Shown here: positions 29,701-42,838 of the stretch, one piece after another
Layout of the letters: every line of letters begins with the position of its first letter
Numbering within the stretch: the first letter of the stretch is position 1
Assembly (NCBI GenBank): GCA_004431415.1
Contig: QPMI01000521.1
Span: 1 to 64,000, forward strand
DNA: 64,000 bases
Origin: Cyanophora paradoxa CCMP329
Taxonomy: Eukaryota > Plantae > Glaucophyta
Reading direction: 5' to 3'
Position numbers and translations under genes: made by a program
The notes under the pieces: model-generated
What the model was told of the DNA's origin: nothing
Seen by the model: the letters and a program-made list of their open reading frames with translations, nothing else
The model's database searches: none

Positions 29701-32416
29701 CCGCGCCGGCCCCCAGTGCCTTGCGAGCGCGAAAGGTCCCTCGAGCTCGAGCTCATTCACTGAGTCAAATATTTTCGCGCCTCTGTATCTTACAGGCTCT
29801 TGTCTTCCTGATCGATTGCGGCGGGATTCGGGAGCACATCTCTCCCACCGACATGCTCGCCGCGATGGTAATTATTATATTAATTATGTAGAGCCCACTC
29901 TCGAGAACGTGCCTCACTCTCCGGCTCATGCAGGTGTCGGCAATCGTGCACGACGTGGGCCATAGCGGCAGGAGCAAGTGCGGTCGATTCAAATATAATT
30001 AGGCTCCTTGAAACGCTTGCGATCATCGGATGGCTAGATGCATCGATCTGCAGCTTATACTGGAATGTCTTCCCGCAGCGGCTTCGAGACCGCGACGGAG
30101 AGCGAGCTCGCGCTCCTCTACAACGACCGCAGGCGCGCATCCCGCGCACATGTACAGCGCTCCGGCGGCGGGGCTGACGTTCGGGGGCGGGGCGCAGCGT
30201 GCTGGAGAATAACTCGCTGACGTGGTCCTTCTCGCTGCTGCGCGACCCCGACAAAAACTTCCTCTCCCACCTCGGCCGCGAGCGCGTGCGCCGCCCCGGC
30301 GCCGGCTGCGAAACGCCGCGAAAGACAGACTCCGTCCTCGCTAACGCCAACCGACGCGCGCGGGGCAGCGGATGGAGTTCCGGCGGCTCGTGATCGACAT
30401 GGTCCTCGCCACGGACATGGCCAAGCACTTCAAGGTGCGGCCGCGCCGGCGCCGACGAAGCCGCCTGCGCCCATCCGCCTCTGCCTGACTGCGCGCGCGT
30501 CCGATCGCGATCGCAGCGAGTCGGCGAGTTCAAGGTGCGGCCCCCGCACTCGCTCGCGAGAGCTCAGGCGGCCGCGTCCCCCGAGTCCGTATCGTAAACG
30601 TAACCGAGGCCACAGGCCAAAGTGCTGGCGAGCTCTCTTGGGCCGATCGCGACTGGAGGCGGGCCGCAGGGCTCACGCGTGCACCATGTCGCGTGCGTGG
30701 CTTTACTCGCAAATAAAATCGCGATTAGTTGTCGCACTGCGGCATTTAATTTTAACATTGATTGTATATGTAATCCTCTTTTCCGTTAGCGTGGAGGCCG
30801 CGGAGCCTGGCTCCGTGTGTCTGCCCGAGGGCCCCTTCGCCCCGGAGGACCGCACCCTCTTCCTCGCCATGGCCCTCAAGGTACCCCCCCTTTCCCCCCC
30901 CCCCCGCCCTTCCCGCTGCCCCCGCCCAGCCTCGAGCTCGTTTCATTTGTGTTTCAACCGCCTGCAAAGATTTCGGGCGCGCTTTCTTCCTCGCCGCTGA
31001 CCTTGCGGCAGGTGGCGGACATCAGCAACGCCGCCCGCCCGCTCCCGCAGCACGTGCGCCGCCCCGCGCCGAGCCCGCCCCGCCGCCTCCGCCGGCTGAG
31101 GCGGCTTCGTGGTGCGCGCGGGGCAGGCGGAGTGGTGCGCGCGCGTGAACGAGGAGTTCTACAGGCAGGGCGACGAGGAGCGGCGCATCGGGCTCCCCGT
31201 CAGCCAGTTCTGCGACCGCACCGCCGGCTCCCCCGCCACCACCACCGTCCGCCCCCGCCCCCCGCCCCCCGTCGCCCGCCCTCGAGCCCGCGGCGCCGGC
31301 CGAGCCTCTCGTGCCGCCCCGTCGCAGGCCGGCTTTGCCTCCTTCATTGCCGTACCCCTCTTCCAGGCGTGGGCCTCCCGCTTCCCCGTCGCCCACCCCC
31401 TCGTCGAGGTCCGCCGCTTCGATTGGGCCCGCGGTAGCCCTCGCACGCTCGTGTTCAAGCCCGCATGCGCAGCGCGCGCAGGCGAACCTCGCGCACTGGC
31501 GCGCGATGGTGTCGCCCCACCAGCCGGTCCCGAGCCGGGCCCGCACCCCCCCCCGCCCGGCCCCCGCCCCGCCCCGGCGGCTGCAGCCGCCTCGCCGGCG
31601 GCTTTAGCTTCGGCCGGCCGCGGCCGCGGCGCAGCGTGGCCGTCCCCTTTGCGCCCCTCCCGATCCGGATCCCTCCTCTGCCCCCTCCAGGACCCTCCGG
31701 CATCCCCCCCGCCCTTCAAGATCGGCGAGAGCGCCGGCGCCGGAGTCGGTGCCGGCATCGCGTTCTCCCTCTCTCGTTCGCTGGGAATCGACCTGGAGTG
31801 CCTGGGGGGGCCCTTGGCCATGGGCTCCGCGGCCGAATTCGAGTTCGCCCGCCGCCGGCAGTCGGGCTCCAGCGGGTGCGGCCGCGACCGGCTGCCGCTC
31901 GGGTCCGAGTCCGACTCCGATCGCGAGCCCGGGCCGTCGATCGCGAGCCGCCGCGCGTCGACCTCGGACGCCCACCGCGAGCGCCGCCAACCGCACGCGG
32001 CGCGGCCGCGCTCGAGTTCGCGGCCGGCGCACGCGGGGCGGCCGCGGCCGCGGTCGACCTCGCACGGAGGCTCGGGTCTGCCGTTCGCGATCGGGCACGC
32101 GCCCTCGCCTTCGCCCTCGTCGGGGAGCGAGCTCGAGCTCGACGAAGCGGCCGCCAATGCCGCAGCGCCGGCGCCGATATCGATGGCGCCGCGGCGCCCC
32201 TCGCGATCGCGGCGCTCGAGCATCGCGGAGGCCGTGCAAGAGGCGCTCGCCCGAGCCTCGAGCTCGGGCTCCCTCGGCGCCGGCGCCGGCTACAAGCCGC
32301 TGCTGCAGCGCTCGGGGCCGTCGGCGGCGCCCGCGGCGGGGCCGGGGGAGCTCACGCGGAGCGGACAGGCGGCGGAGCGGCTTCTCTCGCGATCGAGCTC
32401 GCATTGCAAGCTGTGA
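26752..32416 (+). CDS. Host multi-exon class I cyclic nucleotide phosphodiesterase with N-terminal hydrophobic segments (5' end uncertain)
   Basis: Exons spell YHTATHAADVLQ, HDVGH, LYNDRSVLEN, LATDMAKH, ADISN, EEFYRQGDEE and QAGFASF. Introns have CTGAC branch points. Confidence 0.85.
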
Positions 32417-33329
32417 GCCAGTCGACGTCGCCCCATGAACAGCTGCAGCTGGCCCCTGTTCTAATTTTCGATTTCTGAATTTCTGATCCCGGGGAGTCCC
32501 ACTTAAACAGCTTGCCTTACGTATACTACGTATACTAAGTTATTCTCGAGCCGGTTGTAGACCGTCGGACTTTCAATTTCTCATAATTACAATCATGATC
32601 ATGATCAGTTCTGCCTTGAGCTTTCGCAAAAGTTTTAAAGCAGTTGTTTCAACAGCCGTATTTAATATTTAGTGTGTATTCCGATCGCGAGGTTCCGGCC
32701 CCACCCACAGCTGCAGTGACTTCCGAATAACGCGTGCCTCGGGAGCTTGCCGCAGTCTTCAGTCTTTATTACCTGTGATGTAGTTTAACGCAGTACAGAA
32801 ATTTCAACGATGCTTCGGCCTGATGTGCTCATACGCATGCGCAGTATTAGTGTTCCGGCAATTGCCTACAGGATCCCGGACACCGGCATGCGCAGCTTGT
32901 ACCTGGCAGCTTGTAAAAGAATTCAATCCGGAAAGCGGCGCCGGCATGCGCAGATAAATATAACGCCTCGTCTCGCGAATATTGCGCGAATTCGAATATT
33001 CGTATATCATATACCGATATCGTCTCGCAAATACTGCGCGAATTCGCGATCGAATATTCTTTTCGCGCCCGGCCCTTATTCCCTCGAACCTCAGGGTCTC
33101 GAAATTAATATTGTTTATCCAATGATTCATTCTCGAGGGGCCCTAAAGCTGGACCTAATCTGCAATTCAAATCTGGTACTGGTGCCGATTGATTAGCCGG
33201 AGATGACCGTCGGACATCTTCGCCCCCCGGGGCCCGGGCCCCCTTGGGGCTGCGACTGCGATTTTAAATCTCAGCCTGCAGCAGTTTGTCTGCAACCGCA
33301 TGCATATGAGCAGACAGCGTGCCTCATGA

Positions 33330-36300
33330 TCAGTCCTCGGGGCCGCTGGGGGCGGCGAGGAGGGCCCGGGCGCGGCGGAGGCGGCCGCGGGCCTTCTCGG
33401 CGAGGGCGGCCCCCCGGGGCCCGGGCCCCGCCGGCGCCGCCCCGGGCTCGAGCTCGCGCAGCGCCGCCGCCGCGTCCCGTTCCGCGTCCGCCGCCCGCGC
33501 CCGCCCTGCCCCGCCCCGCCTGAGGCCGGCCGGGCGGGGCCGGGCGGGGCGGGCACCGCCGAGGGCGAGGTTGCACTCGGCGCGGTTGCCGAGGGCCGCG
33601 GCGCGCGTGAGGCGCGCCTCCGCGGGGCAGAACCCGAGCACCGCGCCGTAGACCAGGGCCGCCAACTGCCGCCCGGCCGGAGCCCCTCAGATCACAGAGT
33701 TCGAATGCATAATAACGGACCACATAATCTTTGTCTGCGAAGTGCTTGTTGCCAACATTCTGCGACCCATTGAGAAAGGGGGAAGGAGTCTTATTCAACC
33801 TAAAAGCAGAGGCCGGGCCTTGCCTTGAGGTTCTCGGCCTGGCGGGCGGCGAGGGCGGCGAGCCCCGCCTCCAGCGGGGGGCATTCGGCGGGGAAGTGCC
33901 CCCGCAGGCGCGCGTGCGCCGTGAAGAGCGCTGCGGGGCCCCCGCGCGAACTTTCAAGCATATGGAGAATTAAAAAAGAATAAATAATCAAGCTGGAGCA
34001 CAGTGCAACAAAGCGGGCGTGAAAGTGGATGTGGTCTCGGCGACTTGCAATTGAACGTTCTGTTAACGTTAACGGTGTTTATGATCGCGCTGAGCAATAT
34101 GGAAATCGGAATGAAAGCGGAGTTCGAACCAGAACGTTGACGCCGTGGCCAGGGACGCTGCACATGCCCTCTTCGGGGTTGTCCAGCCCGAAGAGCGAGT
34201 AGCCGCCGTGAAACGGTCCGCTTCTCCCGCCCATGCAGACAGGCAGCAGCTGCGCGTGCATATATGCGGCGTTCTAAATGGCGATCGCTCTTTCAGAGCG
34301 CCGGGGCACCCTCTGGAGGAGCGGGGCGTGGGGCAGGACGGCGCGCGCGTGCTCCGGGAAGACGCAGAGGTCCGCCAGGCAGGCCCCCAGCTCGAGGCCC
34401 TCCTGCGTGTGCGCAGGGGCGAATATACTAGGGGCCCGGCCGCGATTCTCGCGCCGGGGGTGCAAGGGGGGAATCTGGATCGAATGAAAGAGTAGTAGTG
34501 GCACGAACATGCACGGGGCAGATGTAGATCGACCCCGGCCCAGCGCGCGCGGCAGGTTGAAGTAGTAAAGATAGAGACAGATTATATGTGATTGTAAAGA
34601 GTAGAAAAGGGCTGATAAGCAGACGCTGCGATCTACAGGAGACAGCTGATAAGCGAGGAAGCCGAAATCTACAGGAGACAGCTAGCTATAGGGAGAACTG
34701 GTTCCATGCAGAACCGCGGAAGGAATTCGAAGACCGGAATTAGAGAGAAGTTGGTTTCCAGGCTTCAAGTCGAGGAAAACTGGTCTTCGCTAGATCCGCG
34801 GAAGGAATTCGAAGATCGGAATGAGAGAGAAGTTGGTTTCCAGGCTTCAAGTCAAGGAAAACTGGTCTTCGCCCTCGAAAACCTTTTTTTGCATGGACGG
34901 CCGCAGCGACAAACACGTGTCGCTGCAACCGAATTTCGGCACATTTTTGTTGCAAACTGGACCTCGAAAACGGCCTCATAGAAAACTTTTGGCTGAAGCG
35001 AGGGAACGGGAAGCAAGGGGGGAAGACCTGCGGTCTTCTTTCCCCCCTTGCAATCTAAATCATATATCAATTGTATAATCATGATGTCGATCAATATATA
35101 TTGATCGGCGTCACCAGGGCCGGCCCGGCCGACTACCTACGGGGAGTTCGCCTCACCGGCCGGCCGCGGGCTCTTGCAATTAAATATTTCAATTGCAAAC
35201 TGAAATTTAAATATGCAATATTAATTGAATTGAGCGCACCCAAACACGGGACTGGAGAGCCTGTACCAAATCCTCGGACTTCGGCTCGTCCTCTTCAACA
35301 AGGCAGCAACTGCGGTCCGGGGCGAAGCCAACTTATATGAGCAGAATACACGCCTGGGCTTCACTCAACGTCCTCACTTCTTTGCTGCACTCAATGTCCA
35401 AGAGGATGTGCGCTGTCGCCGGTCCTCGTCAAAGTGGAAGACGACCCTGCGATCGATATCGCGACCACGCATAGGAGGGAATTCGAAGCCAAAAGGCGAT
35501 CGCAGAGGACGGCAAAGCACAATTTAATTATAGCGCTAGCGACGCTGGCAGAGGAAAAGCTGTAAATAAAATATCCGGACACGAGGAAAAAAGCACGATT
35601 CCGATCCGGATCCGGGCAATGTACAATGCGGGCGGGCCCGGATCCGGAGCCCTCGCGCGCGCACCACTCGAGGGCGCCGGCGAGGACGGCGACGGGCTCG
35701 CCCGGGGCGGCGAGGAACGCCGCCTGCGCCCCGCGCGCCGCCGCCAGCTCCGCCCCGTGCCCCTCGTGCCCCGCCGCCACCAGCCGAAGCCGGCCCCCGC
35801 GCGGGGACGCGGCCGCAGGAGGCCAAGGGGCGGCGGGAGCCTCGGGGGCGGCGGCGGCCGGGTCGCCGATCACGACGGGGGCGAAGAGGAGCTGGCGGAG
35901 GCAGGCGGAGGCGTAGAGGGGGGTACTGTCCTCGGGGTAGAGGCGGGGCACGGGGCGGGCGGCCGAGGCGAGGTGCAGGAGGGCGGGGACGAGGCCGGGG
36001 TGCCGGGCCAGCCGCAGGCGGAGCTCGCCGTGCGGCGCCGCCACCGTGCACAGCTGCGGCCGCGTCAGGGGCGGGCAGAGCAAATTTTAGAGGCCCGGCT
36101 CGGCCGAGAAATCGAATTTCAAAGGCAGAACGTTTGTCAAGAAGTGAGCGACGGATTTGTGGGTCAAAGCGGTGAAGCTGCAAGAATATGCATAAGAGAT
36201 CCCCGCAGTCAGCTTGATTCGCACGCACGTGCACGCACCGCGGGGCGTACGCCGATACTCGCTTTGGCGTTGGAAACATTTTGCACACCTCCGGCGCTGC

Positions 36301-37691
36301 GCGAATATTAATCCGAAAACCAAAGCCTACGCGAAATATTTCACGAATTAGAGCATGCGCACCTTCTCGAATTTCTTCGAGGAGGCGATCGGGCCCGATG
36401 CGGGCCTGCTCGAGGACCGCGTCCAGGAGCCCCGACGAGAAGAGGCGCTCGGAGAAGGCGAGCGACGTGCGCCGCAGGAGGACGATGGCCAAGTGGATCG
36501 CTTCGGAGCGGAGCTGCGGGAACGTGGCCGTGGGGGGGTAGAGCGGGGTGCGGCGTGAGTCGCGACTGGCATGCGAGCGCGCAAATGCAGGCCATATCAT
36601 GACATAAATAGATGAAGGAAATTAAATAAAAATAACATCGCCAAGTGCCAATTAGTATGATAAGATATCGATGCAGATATTGCGCGCGCGCGCGAGCCTT
36701 CGTCACTCCTTGCTTCATCGTGCGGGCCAGGCTCTCCACGATGTCCGTGTTCTCATGAATCTTGCAATTAGCGCGCGTTCATGATCAAAAGCATGAAATC
36801 GAATGTTTTTAATCGAAGTATACGTATACGTAGCTATATCAATAAATACTATGATACATGCGCATGCCATGATGCAAATCGAAATCGAAACCAAATTAAA
36901 GCGCACGGAATCCAGTTCGTCGCGAATGGGGTCATAAACATGCTCGTGATCACGAATGTAGGAGTGGAGGAACTCGCACGCCGCGGCGGCGACCACTGGC
37001 CTCTCGTACGCGCCGACGAGCTGGCGCGCGTCTGTGTAGGCACGCGCGAACGCACACGCGCGACGAACGCACCTCGGCAAGCAATGAAAGGGCCGCCTTG
37101 AAATCGTGCACATGCTCGGGCCGCCCGGGCCGCTGACGGCGCCGGCCGTCTATTTTGAAATCTTCGACGATTGCACGCGCCCATTTCTGATCATAAACGC
37201 GAAGGTCAATATAAATCATAATTATACCGAATTGAACGTGCATGCGCATGCACATAGTGCACGTGCTCAATCGAAGGCGCCGCTCTCGCGAGGTCTAGAG
37301 CTAACTGTAGAGCTAAATTAAATATTAATCTATACCGTCGGATAAATATTAATCTATACCGTCGGACATATTTCATCGCGGGCGCGCGGGTCGCGATCGG
37401 CGCCCGCGCTCCGATCGATTTTCGCGCACCAGCTTTTCGCGCCCGCGAGCGCTCTGATCGATTTTCGCGCATGCGCACCAGCTTCGTGGCGAGGCCACAC
37501 GAGGGAAGCGTCATGAGCTTCTCAGATGCGATCCTCACCCGCTCCTTGGGCGCGCATTTGGCGAAGCAGCGCAGGCAGCTGCAGCCACGCGCACAGCGCG
37601 CCGCGGCCGGCCCCGTCTCGCATCCTTCCGACTCCCCTTCGCTGTCGGTGTCCCAGTTGAGCTTCGCGCGCTCGGAAGGAGCGAGCGGCAT
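33330..37691 (-). CDS. Host multi-exon helical-repeat protein with C-terminal TPRs, copy A (5' end uncertain)
   Basis: AENLK-NVGNKHF...Y...AAALGNRAEC...AERDAAAAL...KA TPR pattern. Inverted paralogue of 38060-41227. Confidence 0.6.
34430..35055 (-). mobile_element. Non-autonomous Helentron-like (HINE/DINE-1 architecture) insertion in an intron
   Basis: 13-bp subterminal IR TGCAAGGGGGGAA (34461/35040), internal IR forming hairpin 35013-35051, stem-loop 34435-34458, internal ~77-bp duplication. Absent from the paralogous intron. Confidence 0.5.
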
Positions 37692-38059
37692 GGTTTTGGG
37701 GCGCGATCGCCGGGTACAGCAATTGTCAAATTTGAAAGCGTACCCCGCGGCCGGTCCGGAATCCGGATCCCGGAGTCCCGGACGATTCCGCCGAGCTCGA
37801 GCGCGCGACACACTCGTCGAGGACGCCGCCCTCCGCAACGTTAACGTAAACACGACTTGCGAAGCGCCGGGTGCGCGCGGGCTGCCCGCAGTCATGGGGG
37901 CGCGTCGCAGTCATGTTGACTGCAGTCATGGGGGCGCGTGCGCGCTCAGAAACTCTTGGAATGCGCTTGCCCGCACTTCAGTCGCTCGCCGAGGTGATAT
38001 CAACAATGCGAGCTCGAGCCGCGGCCGGCGCCGCGGGGGCCGGGGTGGTGATATCGCGA

Positions 38060-41000
38060 TGCTTGACCATTCTTGCATGCGCAGCTTGCCGGCATGTACG
38101 AGCGGCCAGCAGTCGCTGCGAAGGCTTTGAAAACTCTGCAGGAGTACGTGCGCGATTTCGAATTGTACGAAGGCGAAGAAGGCGACGTCGACGGCTTTCC
38201 GAATGCCGTGCACCGCGGCGCCGCATATAATTACCCTGAACCGCATTGACCTCAAGCTTGCTTAGATCTACGAGAAAACGAAAATCCTGGAGAGCCTCGC
38301 TCGCGATCGCACGCTCAAGCACGGCGTGACGAAGGTTCGAATTCAATCCCCGCGCGCGCGCCTGCAGCGAATCGATATCGAAATTCGAATTCAAAGCTCC
38401 TTGTCGAATGATCGTCGCTGTGCTGCAGCTTCGCTTCGACGCGATTCACACCGCCGTCCCCCTTGTGCCGCGCACGTCGCTCGCGTTCTCCGAGCGCCTC
38501 TTCTCGTCGGGGCTCCTGGATGCTGTCCTCGAGCAGGCTCGCATCGGGCCCGATCGCCTCCTCGAAGAAATCAGAGAAGGTTCCTTGCATGTCAAAATCC
38601 TATCCGTGCCTTCAACAAGCGAGCGCACATTTCGATTTTTAAGTTCGGCCTCGCGCGCAGCGCCGGAGCAGTGCAGAATGTTTTCGAGCATCCCGCAGCG
38701 TGTGTCGGCGTACGCCCCACGGTGCTCGAGAATCAGTTTGGCCAGCCAGCCAGCTTAAACTTGAAATTAAAGTCCCGGCCGAGGCTTATTTTGCCCTCAC
38801 TCCCCCGCGCCGCAGCTGCGCCGCTATGATTCAAGTGTATCAATGCGACGTCCACTTTTGCAAAAAAAAAATGCGCCGCTATGATTCAAGAATCCGTTGG
38901 CCACTTCTTGACACACGTGCCTTCTGAATTTTCTCTGCTGAGCTCCTGCCCGCCCCTGACGCGGCCGCAGCTGTGCACGGTGGCGGCGCCGCACGGCGAG
39001 CTCCGCCTGCGGCTGGCCCGGCACCCCGGCCTCGTCCCCGCCCTCCTGCACCTCGCCTCGGCCACCCGCCCCGTGCCCCGCCTCTACCCCGAGGACAGTA
39101 CCCCCCTCTACGCCTCCGCCTGCCTCCGCCAGCTCCTCTTCGCCCCCGTCGTGATCGGCGACCCGGCCGCCGCCGCCCCCGAGGCTCCCGCCGCCCCTTG
39201 GCCTCCTGCGGCCGCGTCCCCGCGCGGGGGCCGGCTTCGGCTGGTGGCGGCGGGGCACGAGGGGCACGGGGCGGAGCTGGCGGCGGCGCGCGGGGCGCAG
39301 GCGGCGTTCCTCGCCGCCCCGGGCGAGCCCGTCGCCGTCCTCGCCGGCGCCCTCGAGTGGTGCGCGCGCGAGGGGCCCGAGTCCTTCGAATTCGATTTTC
39401 TGATCCGACGCGGGCCCCGCTCACGCTTCCGCCAGGATCATACTTGAGGAGGACTTGCACGAGCGCTCCGCCTGGTTCGGGGCCGCCTCCATGTGCGCGC
39501 TCGCGTGTGCCGGCGCCGCGTGTTTAATTTCGTATGCCATGCGTTCCGCCTGCACCTGGTCATGACCACGCCCATCGCCGGCGCTGCGGCAGGTGCTGCC
39601 TCCACAGTGCGGACGGGCCCGAACCCGGCTCGCTCGAGAACGCCGTGGAGGCCCGCGCAGAGGTGAACGCTCACCCTGGACGTCCCTTCCCTCCCGCCTC
39701 CCCCTCTCCCCCTCCCCCTCCCCTCGCCCGATCGCGACCTGCCGGCCCGCAGCAAACGCGCGAGCTCGCCGCGTGCCTGGCGGACCTCTGCGTCTTCGAG
39801 GAGCACGCGCGCGCCGTCCTGCCCCACGCCCCGCTCCTCCGGAGGGTGCGAAGCCCGCTTCCTGAATAATCGAACCCCAGGCTCAAGCTGTAGATTAAGA
39901 GAAGCGCCTCAGCTTTTCGCGGTCTGCGTGGGCGCGGATTCCGACCCGATCTTCGGGGGCTACGACGGCGAGTTCGACCCGGACTTCGGGGGCGTCCCCC
40001 ACTACAACTGGAAGGTGCCAGGCTGCGGTCGCTTGCACTTATATTTACAGGCGCCGATCACGCGAATTTTAATACATGCATGTGCTGAAGCCGCCCGCCC
40101 CCTACCCCGCCCCCCCCTCCCCCCCCCCCCTCTCCTCCTCCCCCCCCCTCTTCGCCTCGGGAGAGTCTGAGCTTCGGCCGGCAGCACGTCCGGGACGGCG
40201 CCGTCCCCCTCGTCTTCACGAACGCGCTCCTCCACTGTGCGCCCCGGTCCCTCTTTATCTGTCTGTGCCGAGGCGGCGCGGCCGATGGTGATCCTGGCGG
40301 CGGATCCGGCGCTGGCGGGCCGGGGCGCCCGGCCGCGCGCCTCTGGATCTAGATCTGCTGTGGGGCGGCGCCGCTGACCGCTGCGCGGGGGCCCCGCAGC
40401 GCTCTTCACGGCGCACGCGCGCCTGCGGGGGCACTTCCCCGCCGAATGCCCCCCGCTGGAGGCGGGGCTCGCCGCCCTCGCCGCCCGCCAGGCCGAGAAC
40501 CTCAAGGCAATTGCAAGCCCCGGCCTCTAGATCTGCTTCCAGATATCGATCTAACTATAATCTTTGAATTTCCCCGGGGGGCCCCTCTTCTTAATTAAAT
40601 CGTTTCCCCTTTCTTAATCAAATAGTTTCCGCTCTCTTTATTGATTCGTTTCTAGATCTAGATCTACTTCAAATTCCCCGGTTTTTATGGTTTATAATTA
40701 TTGAATCGTTTCTAAAGCGTTTCGCGCGCAGGGCATCGGCGACGAGCACTTCGCCGAGAAAGAATACGCGGTCCGCTCTAATTTGTCTTGCTCGCATCGC
40801 CCGGCCGGCAGGCCGGCAGTTCCGGCAGTTTGCCGCGTCCGGATCCGGATCCGGATCCTGATCCGAGGGGCGCCGGCCGGGCGGCAGTTGGCGGCCCTGG
40901 TCTACGGCGCGGTGCTCGGGTTCTGCCCCGCGGAGGCGCGCCTCACGCGCGCCGCGGCCCTCGGCAGCCGCGCCGAGTGCGCCCTCCTCCTCGGCGGTGC

Positions 41001-41227
41001 CCGCCCCGCCCCGCCCCGCCCCGCCCGGCCGGCCTCAGGCGGGCGGGGCAGGGCGGGCGCGGGCGGCGGACGCGGAACGGGACGCGGCGGCGGCGCTGCG
41101 CGAGCTCGAGCCCGGGGCGGGGGCGGCGGGGCCCGGGCCCCGGGGGGCCGCCCTCGCCGAGAAGGCCCGCGGCCGCCTCCGCCGCGCCCGGGCCCTCCTC
41201 GCCGCCCCCAGCGGCCCCGAGGACTGA
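38060..41227 (+). CDS. Host multi-exon TPR protein, copy B (5' end uncertain)
   Basis: Exons homologous to copy A, with blocks near-identical at DNA level. Confidence 0.62.
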
Positions 41228-41587
41228 TAGTGAGGCACGCTGTCTGCTCACTGCAAAGCTTGCAGCTTGTAAATATTTATAGATTGCATAGAACGACTTT
41301 GACTAATTGAATATATGAGTGCTGAGCTGAAGCTTGCAGTTGGGAGTTGAGGTGCCTGAAGCTTTAATTTCGCGTTTGGTCGCATGGTGCTTATATAATT
41401 GGCATCTGAGCCTGCTTGCCAGCTCGCTCCCCCGCCAAGACGCTGATCATGAGCACGATATAGATCGTGAAACGCTCTTCGAGAAGTTCTTCGCTTCGAA
41501 TCAAAACTAAGCTAATGGCGGATTCGAGAACAACTAGTACTAGTCCAGTTGGAGGCCTAGGGCCGTGCGAGGGGGGCCCGGGGTCGC

Positions 41588-42838
41588 CTAGCCCTGGTCC
41601 GCGGGGCCGGCGGTCGTCGTCCGCCGGCGTGCCGCGCCGCCGGCGGCCGCTGCGGCGCCGCGGGACCCGGACCGGCTGGGCCCCCCAGCTCGGGCTCCTC
41701 CCCCCCGACCCGGCTGGACCCGGGGCCAGCGACGCCCGCGGGGCCTGCCCGTCCCCCCCATCGGCCGCCTCCCCCGCCGCGCCCTCCTCCGGTACCCCGG
41801 ACATCTTGGGGGGGTTGAAGTGCCCGCAGCGGGGGCACTTGTACTCTGCGGGGTACCGCCCGAGTCGGACCGGGGGGGGGGGGAAGCGAGGGGGGTACGC
41901 GCACTGATGAAGGGGTACTCGCGGGGGAGGGCGAGCCCGTTGTGCGCGAAGCAGGCGCCGCAGATGAGGGCGTACCGCTGCTCGGGGCCGTCCGCCCCGT
42001 CCCCGACCACGCGGTCCACGATGCCCGACACGAGCCGGTCTCGCAGGCTCGGCCGCGGCATCGCCGGCCCGCCCGCCACTGCGGACGCGCGGCGCGTGAG
42101 CTGCCGGCGCGCGCTCGCCACGTCCTGCTGGAGGGCGCGCACGGGACTCGCGGGGCGCGGCCTCGGAGGCGCGCGGGACGGCGGCGGCCTCCTCCGGCGG
42201 CGGCGCCTGCTTCTCCTCCTCGTCGTACTTCTCGACGAGCTTCTGCAGCTCGCTGAAGCGCGTCCGCTCCTTCAGCTCCTCGATCTGAAGCGCGCGGCGT
42301 CGGGCGCGGCGCGGAGCGGCGCAGCGGGCGGACCTTGGCCTTCTGCTTGGTCTTCAGGTCGTCGAGCTTGGACTCCGCCTTGGCGTCGAGCTTGTCGTAG
42401 TACCAGTTGAGGCCGCGGTGCAGGAAGTACCACCTGCGCATGCGGGGCGGCGCGCGCGTCGTCGGCCGCTGGGCCGCACGGAGCTGTCAAGCGGGCCGGG
42501 CGAGGCGCACAGCACAGGGACGACCAGGATGGGGCCGTAGTGAAGAAGCCTCTGCCACCAGAAGGCACCCGGCTTTGCGATGGCGGCCACCGCGAGGACG
42601 ACGGCGTAGAGGCCGCCGGCGATCTGCCGCACGACGCGATTCCAGCGCTGCCGCTGAGCGATCAGAACCTGCCGACGGCGCTCCTGGTCCGAAATCTTCT
42701 TCTGCATCTTGTCGAGCGCCTTGGAGAATGTCTGCGCCTCCCGCTGCGAGCGCGTCAACATCGGGGCCCGGCGGGCGGCGCCCGTTGACGCAGGCCGCGC
42801 ACCTCGACGGAGCGCGCGACCGAAAACCACCCGCCCAT
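41588..42838 (-). CDS. LNPK: Host lunapark (ER junction protein), multi-exon; 3' end approximate
   Basis: MGGWFS start, two TM segments, coiled coil, IVDRVVGD, RYALICGACFAHNGLA...YKCPRCGHFN zinc ribbon. Confidence 0.85.
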
